Positions 26,815-32,000 of a stretch of 32,000 nucleotides of DNA are shown piece by piece; within the stretch, counting starts at the first letter, position 1, and every line of letters starts with the position of its first letter. The position numbers and the translations under genes were made by a program. Origin of the DNA: Nitrosopumilaceae archaeon (GTDB lineage: Archaea; Thermoproteota; Nitrososphaeria; Nitrososphaerales; Nitrosopumilaceae). The notes beneath the pieces were generated by a model, which did no database searches, was not told the origin of the DNA, and worked only from the letters and a program-made list of their open reading frames with translations. The stretch spans positions 34,691 through 66,690 of the forward strand of contig DASQHX010000009.1 of NCBI GenBank assembly GCA_035631875.1, in the 5' to 3' direction.

Positions 26815-27233
26815 GCGATTACAAGCACCTCGCCACCAGCTTGTTTTATTTTTTCTTCGGCAGAAGCAGAGAATCGCTCTACTTTGATAATGTAAGCATT
26901 CTTGGTTTGTCCTCCTCCTAATAGTTTGTCATAACCAAGTTCTGCAAGATCGATTACTTTTTTTCCTCCTTCCTGCTTTCCAAATTTTGCAAAGAAATCG
27001 TCCAGATCTCTTACACTAATCCACTTTTTTACAAGGTATGGATGTGGCGGATGAGTAGAATCATGACCAAAATGATCTGGGTCATTTAGAAGCATTTTGA
27101 TAAAGTGATGCTTGTGCATACCAGATCTACCAAGACCTCCTTTGTGGCCACTTGCCCTATGTTGACCAATTTGTCCCCATCCGTGGAATCTGCTTCCCCT
27201 AAACTTTCGTGTCTTTCTTAATCTGGTTGGCAT
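26811..27233 (-). CDS. rpl15: 50S ribosomal protein uL15 (L15P)
   Basis: 140 aa starting MPTRLRKTRKFRGSRFHGWGQIGQHRASGHKGGLG. Confidence 0.92.
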   Translation of the reverse strand: MPTRLRKTRKFRGSRFHGWGQIGQHRASGHKGGLGRSGMHKHHFIKMLLNDPDHFGHDSTHPPHPYLVKKWISVRDLDDFFAKFGKQEGGKKVIDLAELGYDKLLGGGQTKNAYIIKVERFSASAEEKIKQAGGEVLVIA

Positions 27234-27234
27234 T

Positions 27235-27702
27235 TTACATCATAATCCTTACTTGTGCAAGAAGTTCTTTGTGGTTACCCAAGATTCCTCCTTCGCCATA
27301 CATTTTTTTCGTTTTTCGTTTAAAGCCTCCTCTTGGAGGGGACAGGGCAAACCATGGTTTTACCGTTTTTAATTTTGATAATGTAGCAGTGCCTTCTGTC
27401 AATGACTGGGCCAGATCATCAGTATTTTTGAATCCTAATTTTGCAATATCATCGGTAGTTAGTTTCTTATATCCTTCTTTTCGTGCTTTCTTTTCTAAGA
27501 GTTCTTTTGTTGTAGGAACATCAATTTCTTGCCAAGACACATAGTGTTTTATTTTATCCAACATGCCTTTGGTGTTATCTTTGGCTGGAATTATTGTCGC
27601 TCTAAACCTTTTGTCTAAATGCAGAAGATCAAGTGTAGTTCTTGCCCAGTAAGGCGTATTTACTGTTCCTTTCATTCTAACTACTAGGAAAGCTTTTGCC
27701 AT
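27235..27702 (-). CDS. rpl30: 50S ribosomal protein uL30 (L30P)
   Basis: 155-aa archaeal long-form L30, located between S5 and L15. Confidence 0.9.
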   Translation of the reverse strand: MAKAFLVVRMKGTVNTPYWARTTLDLLHLDKRFRATIIPAKDNTKGMLDKIKHYVSWQEIDVPTTKELLEKKARKEGYKKLTTDDIAKLGFKNTDDLAQSLTEGTATLSKLKTVKPWFALSPPRGGFKRKTKKMYGEGGILGNHKELLAQVRIMM

Positions 27703-27708
27703 AAATCA

Positions 27709-28341
27709 TCAACCTTGACTAAATGTCTGCCTTAGACAGTTAAGAACCGCTTTTGATGTAGAAGTCATCGTATTAGTAGAACCCTTGCTTTTTGTCCAGA
27801 CATCTTTTAGTCCTGCAAGCTTTAACAGATTTCTAATGTTTCCACCTGCAACCAATCCAAGTCCCCTTGGTCCTGGAATAATTTCAATTTCAACACTTCC
27901 ACCTCTACCTCTTACTTTAAACGGAACAGAGTGTGGATTATCACATCTGCATTCCCAACTACCACAACCAAGTTTTACTGGACTAACAGCAAGATATGCG
28001 GCGTTTGTAGCTTTTTCAATTGCAATTCTCATTTGTTTTGATTTACCTTGACCAATTCCAAGCCAACCATTTTCATCTCCAGCGGCAACTAGAGCTTTGA
28101 ATCTCGTATATTCACCATTGGTTGTTTGTTTTTGTACAATTCCAACGTCAATTACTTCAGTTTTAATTCCCGGCAAAAGTTTTTTGATAATTCCAGCTTC
28201 TTGTATTCTATAACCATTTTCATAAATTTCGTTCATTGATGTAATTTTTCCACTATCTACTAACTTTCCAAGAGTTGTTCGTGGAACCCATTGTTCTTCT
28301 GGTTCTCTTCTTTCTCTTGGTCGTTGTTCTTGTCTGCTCAT
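27709..28341 (-). CDS. rps5: 30S ribosomal protein uS5 (S5P)
   Basis: 210 aa with EWVPRT..LGKLV, the FKALVAAGDENGWLGIGQGKS core and a GRGG segment. Confidence 0.95.
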   Translation of the reverse strand: MSRQEQRPRERREPEEQWVPRTTLGKLVDSGKITSMNEIYENGYRIQEAGIIKKLLPGIKTEVIDVGIVQKQTTNGEYTRFKALVAAGDENGWLGIGQGKSKQMRIAIEKATNAAYLAVSPVKLGCGSWECRCDNPHSVPFKVRGRGGSVEIEIIPGPRGLGLVAGGNIRNLLKLAGLKDVWTKSKGSTNTMTSTSKAVLNCLRQTFSQG

Positions 28342-28826
28342 TTAGTTTTAACCTCTACATCAATTGCAGATTTCACTTTATTAATTTCATTTTGTACTTT
28401 GAGATGTTTTCCTGAAATTCTTTCTTCGTTTGGAAATGTTTCAGAATCAGCTGGCACTTCAAGGCCTGCATCGATTACACCTTTCAATGCTGCTGCCATT
28501 CTTTGTGTGTATTTTCTTGTGCCGCTGTAAAGAACCGCGGCTTTTACTCCTTTACCAAGAGCCTTTTTTCCCGCAAGATATCCTGTCAGATAAGCTGCCG
28601 GAATATTTTTTCTAGAACCTTTCCAGCCCTTACCTAAAAGATATCTAGAATGTGCTGATGCCAAGACCTTATCACCTTGCATTTCTGGTTTATGAATTTG
28701 AACTAGAGTGTTTTCACTTGAAATTTGAACTGTGATATAGTCTCTCCTACCCATTAGAAGATGTTTTCTTTTTCTATAGTTGGTCTTCTCTTCCCTTAAT
28801 CTGCGTAATATTTGCGAATATACCAT
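28338..28826 (-). CDS. rpl18: 50S ribosomal protein uL18 (L18P)
   Basis: RRLREEKTNYRKRKHLL is the family N-terminus. I place the start at ATG 28826 (MVYSQ...). The track start at 28895 adds 23 non-homologous residues and overlaps argF. Confidence 0.9.
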   Translation of the reverse strand: MVYSQILRRLREEKTNYRKRKHLLMGRRDYITVQISSENTLVQIHKPEMQGDKVLASAHSRYLLGKGWKGSRKNIPAAYLTGYLAGKKALGKGVKAAVLYSGTRKYTQRMAAALKGVIDAGLEVPADSETFPNEERISGKHLKVQNEINKVKSAIDVEVKTK

Positions 28827-28875
28827 TCTACTAATACCTCTTTTACAAAAAATTTCGGTAAAGCTCTTATAAACG

Positions 28876-29802
28876 TTAGACTTGGAGCAATGCAACCATC
28901 AGCGCCTTTTGGGCGTGTAATCTGTTTTCAGCTTCATCCCAAACAACTGATTGTCGTCCGTCAATTACAGAGCTTGTTACTTCTTGTCCACGTTTTGCTG
29001 GAAGGCAATGTAAAAAGATTGCATGTGGATCAGCTTTTTTCATGAGATCAGAGTTTACCTGAAACTTTGGAAGAAAATCCTTTGTTCTGTCAGTTGCCTG
29101 GTGATGTATTGATACAAATGTATCAGTAACAACCACATCTGCATTTTTTACAGCTGATAACGGATCATTTAGTAGTTTAATGTCAACCAACTCTTTTGAT
29201 TCTTTGATAACTTTGGAATCTGGGGCGTATCCTTTAGGAGTTGCAATATTAATATCAATTCCAGATTTAGCACATCCATAGATCATTGAATTACAAACGT
29301 TGTTACCATCTCCAACCCAAGCAAGCTTTAGACCTGCAAGTTTTTTCTTCTTTTCTTTTATTGTCATAAGGTCTGCTAGGATTTGACAAGGATGGAAGGA
29401 GTCAGATAGTCCATTTATTACTGAAATGGTTGAGTTTTTTGCAAGAATTTCTATTTCTTCATGTGAGTATACACGTGCCATCATGATGTCAACATAACGT
29501 GAGAGTGTTTTTGATGTATCTTCAATTGTTTCTCCTCGTGCAAGTTGCAATTCATCTGATGTTAGGCTCAGTGCATGGCCGCCTAGTTGGAACATGCCAG
29601 TTTCAAAGCTAACGCGTGTACGTGTAGATGGTTTTTGAAATATCATTGCAAGTGTTTTATTTTTCAAAAGTGGTTTGCAAATTCCTGCCTTGAGATCTTT
29701 TTTTAGTTTCATAGCATCGTCTAGGATTCCCGCTAGCTCATTTTTGCCAAGTTCATTTAATGTTAAGAGGTCTTTAGTTTTTAATTTCATTTCTTTCCCC
29801 AT
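28876..29802 (-). CDS. argF: ornithine carbamoyltransferase
   Basis: Has STRTRVSFE, HPCQILAD and HCLPA (OTC-type rather than ATCase-type) and is collinear with archaeal OTCs. An alternative ATG at 29790 forms an ATGA overlap with the ftsY stop. Confidence 0.9.
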   Translation of the reverse strand: MGKEMKLKTKDLLTLNELGKNELAGILDDAMKLKKDLKAGICKPLLKNKTLAMIFQKPSTRTRVSFETGMFQLGGHALSLTSDELQLARGETIEDTSKTLSRYVDIMMARVYSHEEIEILAKNSTISVINGLSDSFHPCQILADLMTIKEKKKKLAGLKLAWVGDGNNVCNSMIYGCAKSGIDINIATPKGYAPDSKVIKESKELVDIKLLNDPLSAVKNADVVVTDTFVSIHHQATDRTKDFLPKFQVNSDLMKKADPHAIFLHCLPAKRGQEVTSSVIDGRQSVVWDEAENRLHAQKALMVALLQV

Positions 29803-31175
29803 CCAAATAAGGAGTGCTTCTTTTTAGGTTTAACATCTTCTTGTTTCATCGTTTTTTCTTCTATTTCTTTATCTATTACTTGTTCTTTTGCTGATTCATG
29901 TGGTTTTGGTCTTCCATTTGAGATCCATTTTTTGATTTTAACTGCTAAGTCCTTTGCATCTTTATCATTCTCAGGCGATGGTACGTCATATAGATCAGAA
30001 TATTTTTCGATATCTTTTGTAGCAATTCTGGCAAAAGGATCATCCTCATCTTCGACATAAATTTTCTCCTGTTTTATTTCGGGTTTAGATTTTGTTTCAA
30101 GTTGTGACGTTGGTGTTGTTTGTTCTTTTTCTACTTGTTTTGGAATTTCATCGGGTGTAATTTGTTGCTCAATTTTTTCTCCTATTTTTTCTGACTTTTC
30201 AGTATTTTCTTGTTGTACAGGTATAAGAGTTTGTAACATTTTGATTTCAGGTTGTGGAATCGAAATTTCTTCTGCACCAAACAGTGATTCCAAAAACGAG
30301 TCCTTGTCAAAGGGTTTCAAATCTTTGTACTCTTGTCCTACTCCTAGATACAAAATTGGAGTGGATGTAACCTTTACTATTGAAATTGCCGCACCTCCCC
30401 GTGCATCAGCATCGCTTTTTGTTAGTATAGAGCCTTCAAACTTTGTGTATTGATGAAATTCTCGTGCTTGGTTTACTGTGTCATTACCAGCAAGGGAATC
30501 ACCAACAAAAATTTTCAAATCTGGATTTACCACTTTGTTGATTTTTGATATCTGGTCCATGAGATTCTTACTTGTCTGCATTCTTCCAGCAGTATCAATT
30601 AGTATGCAATCAATCTTGTGTGATTTGGCATAAAGTACAGCATCACGGGAAACCGCAGCTGGATCAGAACCATAGTTTTGTGCTATGATTTTTAGATTAA
30701 GTCGCTTTGCATGTTCAGTTATCTGTTCTATCGCTCCTGCCCTGTATGTGTCAGCGGCTGCTATTACAACAGAAAATTTGTTTTCTCGTAAAAGATATGC
30801 AACCTTTGCCACAGTTGTTGTTTTTCCTGTTCCGTTAATTCCCATAAATGATATGATATATGGTTCGCCTGTACTTTTTTTCTTTTCAATGTTGGATATG
30901 ATGTCAACTTTTCCTGCAGAATCAAACATGTTTGAGATGTGTTCTCGCAAGTTTTGTTTTACAATGTTTGCTATCTGCTCTTTTTCTACAGTAACACCAA
31001 TTAGTTTCTGTTTTAAATCACTTTTCAATGAATCAATCACTTCTGTCGCAACATCAGATTCTAGCAGTGCTACTTCAAGCTCAAAAAGAACCTTGTTAAT
31101 GTCTTTTTCCTTGAGTTCTTTCTGCCCAAAGCTCTTCGCCGCCGAAGAAAAAGCGTTCCTTAGTTTTTCAAACAT
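29787..31175 (-). CDS. ftsY: signal recognition particle receptor FtsY with an atypical 162-aa C-terminal extension
   Basis: The NG domain occupies residues 1-300 (GINGTGKTTT, DTAGR, TKSDADARGG). Residues 301-462 form a K/E/Q/P-rich tail ending KKKHSLFGWGKK. Confidence 0.9.
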   Translation of the reverse strand: MFEKLRNAFSSAAKSFGQKELKEKDINKVLFELEVALLESDVATEVIDSLKSDLKQKLIGVTVEKEQIANIVKQNLREHISNMFDSAGKVDIISNIEKKKSTGEPYIISFMGINGTGKTTTVAKVAYLLRENKFSVVIAAADTYRAGAIEQITEHAKRLNLKIIAQNYGSDPAAVSRDAVLYAKSHKIDCILIDTAGRMQTSKNLMDQISKINKVVNPDLKIFVGDSLAGNDTVNQAREFHQYTKFEGSILTKSDADARGGAAISIVKVTSTPILYLGVGQEYKDLKPFDKDSFLESLFGAEEISIPQPEIKMLQTLIPVQQENTEKSEKIGEKIEQQITPDEIPKQVEKEQTTPTSQLETKSKPEIKQEKIYVEDEDDPFARIATKDIEKYSDLYDVPSPENDKDAKDLAVKIKKWISNGRPKPHESAKEQVIDKEIEEKTMKQEDVKPKKKHSLFGWGKK

Positions 31176-31187
31176 AATATTTTGCCT

Positions 31188-31604
31188 TTATTGTTTACTT
31201 TGGCTTGCTTGTAATATGCGATTCATTTGTTGTTGTCCCTGTTCAAGTCTTGCTGCAACCTCATGTTTTTGTGCAGATAATTGTTGTAGTACAATTTCCA
31301 ATTCCTTTATCCTTTCCTCAACATAATTAATTGCAGAATTCTTATCTTGCTCAAGTGAAGCCCCTGCGCCAATACTTACAAGTAATTTTTCATTTGGTTG
31401 TATTATTGCCTTCACATATGCCCCCATTCCTACTGGCACAAGGGTTTCAAGTTGTTTATCCCCTAGTATTTTCATTGATTCTATTGCACTTGTTGCTTCG
31501 TGTAAAAGTTTTATGACAGCATCTTCTTTTTGCAATAGATCCGACATGTAAGCTTCAAGTGCCTGCATTTGTTGCATCAATGCTTGGGCTTGTTCTTCGC
31601 TCAT
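31188..31604 (-). CDS. pfdA: prefoldin alpha subunit
   Basis: Coiled coil, then beta hairpins VPVGMGAYVKA...LLVSIGAGASLE, then coiled coil. ATG 31604 sits 27 nt downstream of a TTTATAG box. The track's TTG 31610 would add only two residues. Confidence 0.8.
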   Translation of the reverse strand: MSEEQAQALMQQMQALEAYMSDLLQKEDAVIKLLHEATSAIESMKILGDKQLETLVPVGMGAYVKAIIQPNEKLLVSIGAGASLEQDKNSAINYVEERIKELEIVLQQLSAQKHEVAARLEQGQQQMNRILQASQSKQ

Positions 31605-31627
31605 TTGCAAAAATTTCTCTTTCCCGG

Positions 31628-31634
31628 CTATAAA
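31628..31634 (-). promoter_or_regulatory. TATA box (TTTATAG on the minus strand) of a probably leaderless pfdA transcript
   Basis: Read directly. It is centred 27 nt upstream of the ATG. Confidence 0.4.
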
Positions 31635-31669
31635 TGCATTCTCTGATTAAAACAAAAAAAGAGAAGAGA

Positions 31670-32000
31670 TTATACTTTTGAAAGTCTATTTTCTACTTCG
31701 CCCCAGTTTACTACATTCCACCATGCGGTTATATAGTCTGGACGTTTATTCTGATATTTCAGATAGTAGGCATGTTCCCACACATCTAGTCCTAACAAAG
31801 GAATCAATCCTTTTGTTCTAGGGCTAGTTTGATTTGGCATTGTTGTAAATTCAACTTTCTTGCTTTGTGGATTGTAAGCTAGCCAACCCCATCCACTGCC
31901 TTGAATTGCACCAGTGTCTTTGGAAAATTTTTCTTTGAATGCATCAAAGCTTCCAAAAACTGAATTGATAGCATCAGCTACTTTGCCACCAGGAGTTCCT
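31670..32000 (-). CDS. sod: Fe/Mn superoxide dismutase, C-terminal part (the 5' end lies beyond the right edge)
   Basis: Absent from the ORF track because it has no start in the window. The reverse complement reads ...[43 protein letters not shown], with stop at 31670..31672. Confidence 0.88.
   Translation of the reverse strand, partial: GTPGGKVADAINSVFGSFDAFKEKFSKDTGAIQGSGWGWLAYNPQSKKVEFTTMPNQTSPRTKGLIPLLGLDVWEHAYYLKYQNKRPDYITAWWNVVNWGEVENRLSKV

Noticed and set aside
28827-28895. 5' extensions offered by the ORF track for L18 (to 28895), the 2-hydroxyacid dehydrogenase (from 14211) and pfdA (to 31610).
   Set aside because: The extensions add residues with no family homology. For L18 the extension overlaps argF. 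Internal starts reproduce the canonical family N-termini, and for pfdA the internal start fits the TATA spacing.
1-32000. Search by eye for CRISPR arrays, long tandem or direct repeats, rRNA, IS elements, and toxin-antitoxin or defence-type gene pairs.
   Set aside because: I noticed none. The only GC-rich structured island is the tRNA. A computational repeat search (self dot-plot) would be needed to exclude short dispersed repeats.

Overview
The window is a visibly AT-rich archaeal chromosomal segment. The evidence for archaeal origin is the set of archaeal-type ribosomal proteins L18P/S5P/L30P/L15P, SecY, archaeal AdkA, a DUF106 insertase, archaeal Cmk, Cbf5, prefoldin alpha, CDC48/VAT and an intron-containing tRNA. 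Gene content (two-subunit 2-oxoacid:ferredoxin oxidoreductase, CofE, many GTG/TTG starts, TATA boxes about 27 nt upstream of start codons) and composition look most like an ammonia-oxidising thaumarchaeon of the Nitrosopumilus type; that assignment is inference only. Layout by region:
- 1-2.8 kb: two adjacent aconitase-family dehydratase gene sets.
- 2.9-5.8 kb: two C-terminally anchored secreted proteins and a triple zinc-ribbon protein.
- 5.9-8.2 kb: cofE plus three unknown genes.
- 8.4-11.5 kb: the OFOR operon, preceded by a tiny Cys-rich ORF.
- 11.6-17.9 kb: a PAS-PAS histidine kinase, a radical SAM protein, a 2-hydroxyacid dehydrogenase, a SpoT-like HD hydrolase, small unknown genes and an LhgO-like flavoprotein.
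- 18.4-18.5 kb: tRNA-Ser(GGA) with an intron.
- 18.9-21.1 kb: CDC48.
- 21.2-22.6 kb: small genes.
- 22.6-31.6 kb: one long minus-strand housekeeping block, cbf5-cmk-DUF106-adk-secY-L15-L30-S5-L18-argF-ftsY-pfdA.
- Right edge: a partial Fe/Mn superoxide dismutase.
I found no rRNA, CRISPR array, transposase, integrase or recognisable defence or mobile module, and I cannot support a claim of a new multi-gene system here. The observations most worth a second look are:
- CDC48's conserved N-domain is encoded upstream of any ATG/GTG/TTG, implying an ATA start or a frameshift.
- FtsY has a 162-aa charged C-terminal tail that ends in a basic-aromatic motif.
- There are several unannotated metal-binding micro-ORFs: a Cys-rich ORF upstream of OFOR, a consensus C2H2 finger and a Cys/His ORF next to the tRNA.
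- A triple Zn-ribbon protein.
- A Roadblock-like paralogue pair.
- A SpoT/Mesh1-type HD hydrolase.
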